DNA of 64,000 nt, from positions 2,534 to 66,533 of the forward strand of contig CAMEIX010000016.1 of the NCBI GenBank assembly GCA_945919075.1. The letters run 5' to 3'. Source of the stretch: an uncultured Lachnospiraceae bacterium (GTDB lineage Bacteria; Bacillota; Clostridia; Lachnospirales; Lachnospiraceae). The notes beneath the pieces were generated by a model, which was not told the DNA's origin, searched no databases, and was given only the letters and a program-made list of their open reading frames with translations. Shown here in pieces: positions 27,443-36,459 of the stretch (its first letter is position 1; every line of letters starts with the position of its first letter). Both the position numbers and the translations under genes were made by a program.

Positions 27443-27614
27443 AGAGGTCCAAATCAGCGCATATAAGAGAAAATAGAAAATACGCTGACATTTTAGCAAT
27501 AAATGTAGGTAGGAATTTTAAAATTGAAAAAAGCGCTGAAAGAAAAGTAAAAAATGTCAGCGTAATCACAGAAAAATGAGTTTTGTACCTATTCCCCCCA
27601 AATGGGCGTCAGCG
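27431..27614. repeat. Array of six CGCTGA/TCAGCG hexamers, two of them as CGCTGA-N17-TCAGCG palindromic sites
   Basis: + copies are at 27431, 27483 and 27534. - copies are at 27454, 27557 and 27609. Pairs 27431/27454 and 27534/27557 both have exactly 17-nt spacers. TACGCTGACA (27481-27490) is the exact reverse complement of TGTCAGCGTA (27555-27564). Confidence 0.7.
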
Positions 27615-27770
27615 TAAAATGATAAAATCTCAATAACCGCTCATTTGTTTGACAACTACCAAGTCGCAGGGTGCCAATAACTCGACAGCTTCCAATGTGT
27701 ATCACAATCATTGTCCTAACAAAATAGTAATGTCACCCTCACAGAGAAGTATTGGAACATTGACGGGAAG

Positions 27771-27832
27771 CCGGGGCATAGGAGGCAAAAGAGAGGGTTT
27801 AAACCCTGCGGGGGAAGATATATGCCCCGCGG
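27771..27832. other. Nested palindrome at the 5' border of the CAT-like fragment
   Basis: The outer arms are CGGGGCATA / TATGCCCCG. The centre is the perfect 14-bp palindrome AGGGTTTAAACCCT (27794-27807). Confidence 0.6.
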
Positions 27833-27833
27833 A

Positions 27834-27921
27834 GCGGTGCCCATTCGCATTTCACCATCTCTTGGAGGATTGTAAATGTTCCAACTCTATGACTGCAAGA
27901 GTTGTTGTCACGGAACTTGTG
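27834..27921 (+). pseudogene. Relic of the 5' part of a CatA-like acetyltransferase gene
   Basis: It translates to RCPFAFHHLLEDCKCSNSMTARVVVTELVEG, versus GVFRHFSEDCKCSTSMTARVDVTELVNY in the intact gene at 30488. In my hand alignment 52 of 59 nt are identical (27863-27921 vs 30550-30608). There is no start codon and homology ends 30 nt before the kinase ATG. Confidence 0.8.
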
Positions 27922-27950
27922 GAAGGAATCTATAAATTGGAGGTCAGCTT

Positions 27951-30302
27951 ATGTCATTAAAATATAATATTAGCTATGAAGTAGCTTCTACTATCTTTTT
28001 AATTATTCTGCTTTTTTACATAAGATTGCAGTTCGATACACACTCTAAGGTGAATAAAGAATTTTGGAAACTCACCTGGATAGGATTAATTGCAACTGTT
28101 CTGGATGTGACAACGGCCATTACAATCAGCTATGCAGGTATTGTTCCGATGGAAGTGAATGTCTTTTTAAATACCCTGTATTTTGTATCGGTTGCGGCTT
28201 TAGGATATCAGGTTATGTACTATGACATATATTATGTGTACAGAGATAGGATGAAGAGACCGTTCATTCGGTTTAATCAGATTCTAATCTGTTTTTATGT
28301 TGCAGTGCTCATCATTAATACTTTCGCCGGATTCTTCTTTTCTTTTACGAAGGATGGAGGGTATGTGAGGGGCCCGCTACATCTGGCTGTCTATGTTGCT
28401 CCCTGCTATTTTGTCATATGTTCTGCAGTGATATTAATTTTCAACTTCCTAAGATTTCGGATATGGCAGAGAATTTCCATCTCTCTTTTTGTAATATTCC
28501 AGATTTTAGGTGTGGTACTTCAGATGTTCTTCTTCCCGGATACGCTTCTGGCACTGTTTATGAGTGCGCTGGGGCTCATGATGATGCTCTTTACGATGGA
28601 AACCCCTGATTATCAGAAACTTGTAATTACAATTGAAGAACTGAGTGCAACGAAAAAAGTGGCAGAAAAGGCAAAAGAGGAAGCAGAAAGAGCCAAAGAA
28701 ATCGCACAGGAGGCGAATCGTGCAAAGTCTGATTTTCTGGCTAATATGAGCCATGAAATCCGAACACCAATCAATGCGGTGCTGGGTATGGATGAGATGA
28801 TATTAAGAGAAAGCTCCGATTCGCAGATTTTGGAATATGCTTCGGATATAAAGCATGCAGGAAATATGTTGCTTTCACTGATTAATGACATATTGGATTT
28901 TTCTAAAATAGAGAGTGGCAAGATGGATATTGTTCCGGTTGACTATAATTTGGGAATTATGCTGAGTGATACCGTAGATATGATTCGTACCAGAGCTGAG
29001 GAGAAAAACCTGCAGCTTGAATTCAAAATAGAACCGAATACTCCGGTGCATTTGCACGGAGATGAAGTAAGGCTCAGACAGATTATTACCAATATTCTTA
29101 CAAACGCCGTCAAATATACACCGGAGGGAAAAGTAATACTGACGGTATCAGGAAAGAAAATATCGGCAGGAGCGGTACAATTGTATGTATCAGTTAAGGA
29201 TACCGGTATCGGAATTAAGAAAGAAGATATAGGACGGTTGTTTCATTCTTTTGAACGTGTAGAGGAAAGCAGAAACCGAAATATTGAAGGTACCGGTCTT
29301 GGACTTTCTATTACCATGCGTCTGCTGAATTTGATGGGCAGTCGCCTGGAAGTGGAAAGTACCTATGGGGAGGGTTCTGACTTCTATTTTTATCTGGAAC
29401 AAAAACAACTGGATGATGAGGTTATCGGAGAAGATATACAGAAATATTGTGAAAATGAAAAAGGTAAAATTAGTATTTCTACTGAGCAATTTTATGCTCC
29501 GAATGCCAAAATCCTTGTTGTAGATGACAATGAAATGAATCTTAAAGTCTTTTTAGGCCTGCTTAAGAAGCATGGTATGCAGATTGATACTGCAATGAGT
29601 GGAAAAGAATGTCTTGCACGAATAGAGAAAAATGCATATCACATTATTTTTATGGATCATCTGATGCCGGAAATGGATGGTGTTGAAACATTAAGGCGAA
29701 TCAGGGAACTGAAGACTAATCAAAGTAAGGATGCAGTCATCATTATTCTGACCGCTAACGCGGTTTCCGGGGCAAGGGAAATGTTTTTGCAAGAGGGATT
29801 TCGTGATTATCTTTCAAAGCCTATTATTGCGGTAAAACTTGAAAAAATGATCCGGAAATATCTTCCCGAAGAGTTACTTCTGGAGAATGATTTGGGACAG
29901 AAGGAAGAAATCCCTGTTGAATCCGGTGATCATGTCAAAGAAGCACAGTCAGAAGACAGCTTTGTGGATTGGAATAAGGGAAAAGCACTTTGCATGGGGG
30001 ATGAGGAATTTTACAGGGATATACTTCAGATATTTATAGATTCTCCTTCTGCTATGGAACTGCGGCAGTATTATGAGGAGGCGGATTTTGAAAATTATCG
30101 CATCAAGATCCATGCGATTAAGTCGAATCTGGCGAATATCGGAGCAATGGTTCCTTCAGATATGGCAAAGCAGTTAGAACTTGCATTAAAAAATGAGAAT
30201 AATGTATCCTATGTGCAGGAGAACCATGATGAATTTATGACAGTATATGAGAGAGTGGTGTCCGAAGTGAAGACATATCTTGGAAGTACAAATACATTGT
30301 AG
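27951..30302 (+). CDS. Hybrid sensor histidine kinase (multi-TM sensor, HisKA, HATPase, REC, Hpt)
   Basis: SD GGAGG lies upstream. The protein has about 6-7 N-terminal TM helices, H-box SHEIRTPINAV, N/G boxes (NAVKYTP, DTGIGI, GTGLGLSI), REC (ILVVDDNEMN...IFMDHLMPEMDG) and a C-terminal Hpt-like segment (HAIKSNLANIGA). Confidence 0.9.
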   Translation: MSLKYNISYEVASTIFLIILLFYIRLQFDTHSKVNKEFWKLTWIGLIATVLDVTTAITISYAGIVPMEVNVFLNTLYFVSVAALGYQVMYYDIYYVYRDRMKRPFIRFNQILICFYVAVLIINTFAGFFFSFTKDGGYVRGPLHLAVYVAPCYFVICSAVILIFNFLRFRIWQRISISLFVIFQILGVVLQMFFFPDTLLALFMSALGLMMMLFTMETPDYQKLVITIEELSATKKVAEKAKEEAERAKEIAQEANRAKSDFLANMSHEIRTPINAVLGMDEMILRESSDSQILEYASDIKHAGNMLLSLINDILDFSKIESGKMDIVPVDYNLGIMLSDTVDMIRTRAEEKNLQLEFKIEPNTPVHLHGDEVRLRQIITNILTNAVKYTPEGKVILTVSGKKISAGAVQLYVSVKDTGIGIKKEDIGRLFHSFERVEESRNRNIEGTGLGLSITMRLLNLMGSRLEVESTYGEGSDFYFYLEQKQLDDEVIGEDIQKYCENEKGKISISTEQFYAPNAKILVVDDNEMNLKVFLGLLKKHGMQIDTAMSGKECLARIEKNAYHIIFMDHLMPEMDGVETLRRIRELKTNQSKDAVIIILTANAVSGAREMFLQEGFRDYLSKPIIAVKLEKMIRKYLPEELLLENDLGQKEEIPVESGDHVKEAQSEDSFVDWNKGKALCMGDEEFYRDILQIFIDSPSAMELRQYYEEADFENYRIKIHAIKSNLANIGAMVPSDMAKQLELALKNENNVSYVQENHDEFMTVYERVVSEVKTYLGSTNTL

Positions 30303-30487
30303 AGTCCATGTAGGCATTATTAGATTTAAAACCATTCAGATTTTGAAAATATGATAATAAAATGCAAAAGGAGATGCAAAGTTCGTGATCCGATGTTTTA
30401 TCTCTCGATTTTGATACTTGCAATAAGCGGGAAAATTATCGCTTCGCACATAGATAAAGAAAAATAGTAATGAGGTGTGGATAAGAT

Positions 30488-31138
30488 ATGAATTACAGAA
30501 TAATAAATAAAGATACTTATTATAGAAAGGGCGTATTTCGCCATTTCTCGGAGGATTGTAAATGTTCAACCTCTATGACTGCGAGAGTTGATGTGACGGA
30601 GCTTGTGAATTATTCCAGACAGAACGGCACAAAATTTTACATCAATTTTTTATATATACTCTCCAAGGTACTCAATTCACGTGATGATTACAGAATGGGA
30701 TATATGTGGCAGACAGATGAATTGATTTGCTATGATTCCATTAATCCTACGCAGTATGTTTTTCATGAGGATACGGAGACTTGTACGCCGGTTTATACGG
30801 TGTATTGCGAGGACTATGACACGTTCTATGCGAACGCATATAGCGATATTGAACGTGCTAAGGAGACAAGAGAATATGGACTGGATACGGAAAATCATCC
30901 AAACTGGTTTGACGCCTCCTATATCTCGTGGCTTTCCTATGATTCCCTAAACATTGAACTCCCGGATGGTTATTTGTTTTTTGCGCCGATTATCAATTGG
31001 GGCAAATACCGGAAGGAAGAAGGAAGACTTGTGATGCCGGTAAGTGTTCGCCTGAATCATGCGATTGCAGACGGGTTCCTGATAGCAAATGTTTATCGTC
31101 TGTTAGAGCAGGAAATAAAATGCTTTAGTAGTCGATAA
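30488..31138 (+). CDS. CatA-like (type A chloramphenicol-acetyltransferase family) O-acetyltransferase
   Basis: CAT-family pattern: F.HF....C..SMTA.VDVT.L, then PIINWGKY...MPVSVRLNHAIADGF, with the catalytic His retained. It diverges from classical resistance CATs (HHAVCDG), so the phenotype is unknown. Confidence 0.8.
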   Translation: MNYRIINKDTYYRKGVFRHFSEDCKCSTSMTARVDVTELVNYSRQNGTKFYINFLYILSKVLNSRDDYRMGYMWQTDELICYDSINPTQYVFHEDTETCTPVYTVYCEDYDTFYANAYSDIERAKETREYGLDTENHPNWFDASYISWLSYDSLNIELPDGYLFFAPIINWGKYRKEEGRLVMPVSVRLNHAIADGFLIANVYRLLEQEIKCFSSR

Positions 31139-31243
31139 TAGAATCGGAAGAGTAGATATCAAACCAATAGATTATCTCAATCTTGCGGATCATGTAATAA
31201 AATACTATAATTAGGATGATTATTATGGAGGGAGGATTTCTCG

Positions 31244-31510
31244 GTGCCGGCATTATCTATGTTTTTTGGAATCATTGTGCGAATGCAAAGTGAAAGAGGT
31301 GGAAAGCATAATAAACCACACATTCACGCTTTATATGGAGATGATGAAATTGTTGTTACTGTTGAGGGAGAAATTTTGGAAGGAAATTTTCCAAATAAAC
31401 AGTTGAAACTCTTATTGGCTTGGATTGCTATTCATGAAGATGAGTTAAGGGCAAACTGGAAACTGTTAAGCAATGGCGAGGGATATTTTAAGATTGCCCC
31501 ATTGAGTTAG
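31244..31510 (+). CDS. DUF4160-like small protein
   Basis: GTG start after GGAGGGAGG. N-terminus MPALSMFFGIIVRM....HNKPHIHALYGDDE is typical of DUF4160. Confidence 0.75.
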   Translation: MPALSMFFGIIVRMQSERGGKHNKPHIHALYGDDEIVVTVEGEILEGNFPNKQLKLLLAWIAIHEDELRANWKLLSNGEGYFKIAPLS

Positions 31511-31529
31511 ATAGTGGAGGATTCGTATT

Positions 31530-31772
31530 ATGTTAAGACCGACAGCAGTTCAGGTAGAAGCGATTTGTAATTATCAGATTTTAGTTGTATTTGATAATGG
31601 TGAAAAAAGATGTTTTGATGTTGAGCCGTATATAAAAGGTGAATGGTATGGGAAATTAAGGGCATTTGAATATTTCAAACGTGTTTGTACCGACGGATTT
31701 ACCGTGGTATGGCCTGATGGACAGGATATATGCCCGGATGAGTTATATGATTTGAGCACTCCGGTATCATGA
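31530..31772 (+). CDS. DUF2442-like small protein
   Basis: 80 aa, SD GGAGGA upstream. This is the usual downstream partner of DUF4160 genes, with the pattern L.V.FDNGE...DV. Confidence 0.6.
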   Translation: MLRPTAVQVEAICNYQILVVFDNGEKRCFDVEPYIKGEWYGKLRAFEYFKRVCTDGFTVVWPDGQDICPDELYDLSTPVS

Positions 31773-31837
31773 GACAAGATAGCTTACAAGGATAATAACT
31801 AACCTTTGTTTATATTAACAGTATAAGGAGGACGACT

Positions 31838-32293
31838 ATGTTAAAGGTAGGAACCAAGGCACCGGAGTTTTCACTGCCGGATCAGAATGGAGAAATGCAT
31901 ACGTTAAGCGAGTATGCAGGAAAGAAAGTAATCCTGTATTTTTATCCGAAGGATAATACACCGGGATGCACAAATCAGGCATGCGGTTTTAGCACACTCT
32001 ATCCGCAGTTTATGGAGAAGGGTGCCGTAGTGCTGGGAATCAGTAAGGATTCGGTGGCATCTCATAAGAAATTTGCGGAGAAATATAATCTCGGATTTAC
32101 CTTGCTGTCAGACCCTGAACTTGCAGCGATTCAGGCCTATGATGTCTGGCAGGAAAAGAAAAACTATGGAAAGGTGTCCATGGGTGTGGTTCGGACAACC
32201 TATCTGATTGATGAACAGGGTGTTATTGTAAAGGCGTTTGGAAAGGTAAAAGCAGCAGAAAATCCGGCGCAGATGTTAGAGGAACTGTCATGA
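31838..32293 (+). CDS. bcp: Thioredoxin-dependent thiol peroxidase (peroxiredoxin Bcp)
   Basis: APEFSLPDQNG...YFYPKDNTPGCTNQAC. Confidence 0.93.
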   Translation: MLKVGTKAPEFSLPDQNGEMHTLSEYAGKKVILYFYPKDNTPGCTNQACGFSTLYPQFMEKGAVVLGISKDSVASHKKFAEKYNLGFTLLSDPELAAIQAYDVWQEKKNYGKVSMGVVRTTYLIDEQGVIVKAFGKVKAAENPAQMLEELS

Positions 32294-33075
32294 GGATTAT
32301 AATCTCTCCGGCCAAGAAGATGGCAGAGAGTGACACCCTGGCATGGCAGAATCTGCCGGAATTCATAGAGGAAACAAAACGGATAAAAGAATGGCTGCAA
32401 ACAATGTCATTGGAGGATGCCAAAGCACTTTGGCGTTGTAATGACAAGATTGCACGCTGTAATTATGAACGTTTTCAGAACATGGCACTGGATAGCGGAC
32501 TTTCCCCCGCTATTCTTGCTTATGAGGGAATCCAGTATCAGTATATGGCCCCGGCGGTATTTGAAACAGAAATGCTAAATTATATTCAGGAGCATCTCCG
32601 CATATTATCCGGGTTCTATGGCGTGTTAAGACCGTTAGACGGTATTACACCTTACCGGTTGGAAATGCAGGCGGATACCTGCATAGACGGTATCAAGGGA
32701 CTGTATGATTTCTGGGGAAGGCGGTTGTATGATGTCCTGATTGATGATTCGCATGTCATCGTGAATCTGGCATCCAAGGAATATTCGAAGTGCATCGAGC
32801 CCTTTCTACAACAGGGGGACCGCTTTGTTACCTGTGTTTTCGGTGAGGAATCAAACGGAAAAGTAGTACAAAAAGGTGTCTACGCCAAAATGGCGAGAGG
32901 TGAAATGGTCCGGTTCATGGCAGAAAAACAGATCTCGGATGTGGAGGAAATGAAAGCATTTTGCAGACTTGGGTACAGGTTTCAGACTGATTTATCATCG
33001 GAGACAAAATTTGTGTTCATAAAGCAGACAGGAATGGACGTGACTGAAAGTTTCCCCGGTGAAGGAGAATTTTAA
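32290..33075 (+). CDS. yaaA: Peroxide stress protein YaaA (UPF0246/DUF328)
   Basis: MRIIISPAKKM N-terminus, about 260 aa, ATGA overlap with bcp. Confidence 0.85.
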   Translation: MRIIISPAKKMAESDTLAWQNLPEFIEETKRIKEWLQTMSLEDAKALWRCNDKIARCNYERFQNMALDSGLSPAILAYEGIQYQYMAPAVFETEMLNYIQEHLRILSGFYGVLRPLDGITPYRLEMQADTCIDGIKGLYDFWGRRLYDVLIDDSHVIVNLASKEYSKCIEPFLQQGDRFVTCVFGEESNGKVVQKGVYAKMARGEMVRFMAEKQISDVEEMKAFCRLGYRFQTDLSSETKFVFIKQTGMDVTESFPGEGEF

Positions 33076-33788
33076 TGAAAAAAATATTGATAACAAATGA
33101 TGATGGGATAGATTCGGATGGCATTATCCGGCTCGCAAAGATAGCTGTGGAATTCGGAGAGGTATGGGTAGTTGCTCCGGAAAGTCAGAGAAGTGCAATG
33201 TCCCACAGCGTCACCTTAAGGCATGGCATAGAAGCATGGAAGGTGGATTTCCCGGTGCCGGGAGTTCATGCCTACGCCTGTGACGGTACTCCCGCTGATT
33301 GTGTGAGGATTGGTGTTTTAAATATTGTATCCGGTAAACCGGACCATGTATTCTCGGGTATCAATTATGGGTACAATGTAGCTTCCGATATCCAGTATTC
33401 GGCTACGGCGGGTGCTGCTTTTGAAGCGGCATTTCAAAAAATACATACCATTGCTTTTTCAGAAGATGCCTGTGAAATTCATGAAGTGACGGACCGGTAT
33501 TTGAAGGAAATAATGGCGGAACTGATAGAAAAGCCTCTTCTACTCAACCAAATCTGGAACGTGAATTTTCCGGGGTGCAGGTTAGCGGAGTGTCAGGGAA
33601 TTCTCCGGGACAGAAAGGTTTCCACCGATGAGTTTTATAAGGATAGATATACGGAAACCGAAGTTTTGGAAGGAAGGATATCCTACATGGTAGAGGGAAT
33701 CCGTAACTTTAAGGCGACGGAAGGCACCGATCTGAAAGCCATTCTGGATCAGTGTGTTTCCATCGGTATAGCCACGAACATTTCTTAG
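33075..33788 (+). CDS. surE: 5'/3'-nucleotidase SurE
   Basis: MKKILITNDDGIDSDGI...SGINYGYN. Confidence 0.92.
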   Translation: MKKILITNDDGIDSDGIIRLAKIAVEFGEVWVVAPESQRSAMSHSVTLRHGIEAWKVDFPVPGVHAYACDGTPADCVRIGVLNIVSGKPDHVFSGINYGYNVASDIQYSATAGAAFEAAFQKIHTIAFSEDACEIHEVTDRYLKEIMAELIEKPLLLNQIWNVNFPGCRLAECQGILRDRKVSTDEFYKDRYTETEVLEGRISYMVEGIRNFKATEGTDLKAILDQCVSIGIATNIS

Positions 33789-33925
33789 GGACTAAAAATG
33801 TTTTTGGATATTTTCAAAACTGATTGAATCTGAGCGGATGCTATGGTAAAATTGTCAATGGTAATTCGTAAAAACGTGTAAAACACGAAAACGGTTACAC
33901 ACAAATGAATAGGAGAGAACATATC

Positions 33926-35332
33926 ATGAAATTGATTTATCAGGTTGAGGACAAGCCCAAATTCGGTGCACTCCTTGTGTTTGCACTCCAGCAGATTCTG
34001 GCAATCATGACGGCAACCATCGTGGTGCCGGTGATCATCAACGGTAATTCGGCAGCAAACTTTGCAGAAGGTATCGGTGCGGCATCTGCTATGGATCCGG
34101 CGGCAGCCATGTTTGGTGCCGGTGTCGGTACTCTGGTGTATGTATTGTTTACGGCTAAGAAGAGTCCGGTATTTTTAGGATCTTCCTTTGCATTCTTAGG
34201 TTCCATGACGGCAGCCTTTGCAGGTGCTGTTTCTGCAAAAGCAGGTAATGCGGGTATTTTACTCGGTGCCATTTTTGCAGGTCTTGTGTATGTTGTAATT
34301 GCTTTACTGGTTAAAGTAGTAGGAGTGGAATGGATTAACAAACTGATGCCCGTTGTGGTTATCGGCCCCACCGTGTCCATCATTGGTCTTTCCCTTGCAG
34401 GCAATGCAGTGGGAGATCTTACTACCGGCGGTGTGAAGGTAGACGGTGTTTCCCTGGCAGACCCCGCAGTAGCAGTTTTAGCAGGTATTGTGACTCTGGG
34501 TGTGACCATGCTCTGTTCCACCTATGGCAAAAAGACCGCAAGACTGATTCCCTTCATCTTCGGTATCCTTGCCGGATATGCATTCTGCTTTGTCCTTACT
34601 CTGATTGGGGATGCAGCAGGTATTGATGCCATCAAGCTTCTTAGTCTGGAATCTTTCAAGAGTCTGACGGAAAACGGCGTAACCTTAAATACTTTTGTAA
34701 GAGTGCCGGACTTCACATTCCTTGCGTTGGATTTTAGTGCAATTGACGGCGCTTACATCGGTTCCGTGGCAGCCGCCTATGTACCGGTAGCTTTCGTAGT
34801 ATTTGCAGAGCACATTGCAGACCATAAGAACATTTCCTCTATCATTGAAAGAGACCTTTTGGAGAAACCCGGTCTTCACAGAACCTTGCTTGGTGACGGT
34901 ATCGGTTCCATGGCAGGTGCGTTTTTCGGCGGTTGTCCCAACACCACCTATGGCGAGTCCATCGGTTGCGTGGCAATTACCAAGAATGCTTCCGTATATA
35001 CCATTATTACGGCAGCGGTGGGAGCCATACTGATTTCCTTTGTTTCTCCTTTCATTGCATTTGTAAATTCCATTCCTCCCTGTGTAATGGGTGGTGTATG
35101 TATGGCACTTTACGGATTTATCGCAGTATCCGGTCTTAAGATGGTACAGCAGGTAGACTTAGGACAGAACAAGAACCTCTTTGTCGTATCGGTCATCTTA
35201 ATTGCAGGTATTGGAGGCTTAAGCCTTACCTTTGGTAAAGTAACCATTACCAGTATTGCATGCGCACTGATTCTTGGAATCTTAGCAAACCTTCTTCTTA
35301 AGGGCGCACCTGAGAGTGACGGAGAGAAGTAA
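33926..35332 (+). CDS. NCS2-family nucleobase (uracil/xanthine-type) permease
   Basis: About 12-14 TM segments with motifs FLGSSFAFLG and NTTYGESIG. AGGAGAG lies 8 nt upstream of ATG 33926. Confidence 0.85.
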   Translation: MKLIYQVEDKPKFGALLVFALQQILAIMTATIVVPVIINGNSAANFAEGIGAASAMDPAAAMFGAGVGTLVYVLFTAKKSPVFLGSSFAFLGSMTAAFAGAVSAKAGNAGILLGAIFAGLVYVVIALLVKVVGVEWINKLMPVVVIGPTVSIIGLSLAGNAVGDLTTGGVKVDGVSLADPAVAVLAGIVTLGVTMLCSTYGKKTARLIPFIFGILAGYAFCFVLTLIGDAAGIDAIKLLSLESFKSLTENGVTLNTFVRVPDFTFLALDFSAIDGAYIGSVAAAYVPVAFVVFAEHIADHKNISSIIERDLLEKPGLHRTLLGDGIGSMAGAFFGGCPNTTYGESIGCVAITKNASVYTIITAAVGAILISFVSPFIAFVNSIPPCVMGGVCMALYGFIAVSGLKMVQQVDLGQNKNLFVVSVILIAGIGGLSLTFGKVTITSIACALILGILANLLLKGAPESDGEK

Positions 35333-35360
35333 GAACCATAAATAAATATAAAATGCGTGG

Positions 35361-35399
35361 AAAACACAGGTAATTGCAAAAAATTGCCTGTGTTTTTTA
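35361..35399 (+). terminator. Rho-independent terminator after the permease
   Basis: AAAACACAGGTAATT-loop-AATTGCCTGTGTTTT hairpin followed by a T-run. Confidence 0.8.
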
Positions 35400-35407
35400 T
35401 TTCGTTC

Positions 35408-35435
35408 TTCACAAGATGAAAAAATATGGTACAAT
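35408..35435 (+). promoter_or_regulatory. Putative promoter of cysK
   Basis: TTCACA, 16 nt, TACAAT preceded by TGG (extended -10-like). Confidence 0.45.
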
Positions 35436-35514
35436 ATGGGAAGTTGCAGAATTTATTTGGGGAGATTTTGTCTTTTTGGAATACGATATAGTAACGGCAA
35501 ATAAGGAGAAAAGA

Positions 35515-36459
35515 ATGATTTACAATAACATTTTGGAGGGAATCGGTCACACACCGTTAATTCGTCTGAATCGAATGGTGCCGGAAAATTGCGCCGAGGT
35601 GCTTGTGAAATTTGAAGGCCTTAATGTGGGTGGTTCCATTAAAACCAGAACCGCTTATCAGATGATATGTGACGCAGAGAACCGCGGCATTATCAAAGAA
35701 GATACCATTATTGTGGAACCTACCAGCGGAAATCAGGGAATCGGTCTTGCCCTGATTGGTGCGGTCAAAGGATATAAAACCATTATTATCATGCCGGATT
35801 CGGTCAGCGAAGAAAGAAGGAAATTAGTGGAGCATTATGGTGCGGAAGTGGTTCTCATTCATGATGCCGGCAATATTGGAGAATGCATTGATACCTGTTT
35901 GAAAACTGCACTGAAAATGCGGGATGAGGATCCAAGGGTTTTCGTACCCCAGCAGTTTGAAAATCCGGCTAATCCCCGCGCACACAGACACCATACCGGA
36001 CTGGAAATTATGGAGCAGGCCGGATGTGAGATTCATGGCTTCTGTTCCGGTATCGGTACCGGCGGAACCATTACCGGCATCGGGGAAGTGTTGAAGGCAC
36101 AGAATCCGGAGATTGAAATCTGGGCTGTGGAACCGGAAAATGCGGCAATCCTTGCAGGCGGTACCGTAGGTACTCATTTGCAGATGGGAATAGGGGATGG
36201 CCTGATACCGGATATCCTGAATCAAAATATTTATGATGAAATCTATGTGGTAACCGATGAAGAGGCAATCAGGACGGCACAGGATCTGGCCAGAAAAGAA
36301 GGCATTATGTGCGGTATCTCCAGCGGAACCAATGTGGCAGCAGCCATAAAACTTGCACAGAAATTAGGTCCCGGTAAAACAGTGGTAACAGTTTTGCCGG
36401 ATACTGCGGAAAGATATTTTTCTACACCATTATTTGAGGAGACATACACATGCAGATAG
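35515..36459 (+). CDS. cysK: Cysteine synthase A (O-acetylserine sulfhydrylase) family PLP enzyme
   Basis: GHTPLIRLNR, GGSIKTR (PLP lysine), PTSGNQGIGLA, GIGTGGTITG. AAGGAGA lies upstream of ATG 35515; the ORF-track start at 35374 is an extension. Confidence 0.9.
   Translation: MIYNNILEGIGHTPLIRLNRMVPENCAEVLVKFEGLNVGGSIKTRTAYQMICDAENRGIIKEDTIIVEPTSGNQGIGLALIGAVKGYKTIIIMPDSVSEERRKLVEHYGAEVVLIHDAGNIGECIDTCLKTALKMRDEDPRVFVPQQFENPANPRAHRHHTGLEIMEQAGCEIHGFCSGIGTGGTITGIGEVLKAQNPEIEIWAVEPENAAILAGGTVGTHLQMGIGDGLIPDILNQNIYDEIYVVTDEEAIRTAQDLARKEGIMCGISSGTNVAAAIKLAQKLGPGKTVVTVLPDTAERYFSTPLFEETYTCR

Noticed and set aside
27431-27614. Possible CRISPR array, because of regularly recurring short repeats.
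   Set aside because: The units are only 6-10 nt, occur in both orientations and have irregular spacing apart from the two N17 pairs. There are no 25-40-nt direct repeats and no cas genes in the window.
27649-27960. 103-aa ORF upstream of the hybrid kinase.
   Set aside because: It is a chimera of non-coding sequence and the CAT-like relic. Only the last ~30 codons resemble a real protein, there is no SD, and it ends inside the kinase start region.
30303-30487. Looked for a cat-type translational attenuator (leader peptide plus hairpin masking the RBS) upstream of the CAT-like gene.
   Set aside because: There is only a 5-bp AAGCG/CGCTT stem and a 38-codon ORF without an SD. This is not comparable with the known cat leader design.
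33789-33925. Looked for a purine riboswitch or PyrR binding loop upstream of the nucleobase permease.
   Set aside because: Neither the purine-aptamer core nor a PyrR-type ARUCCAGAGAGG loop is present.
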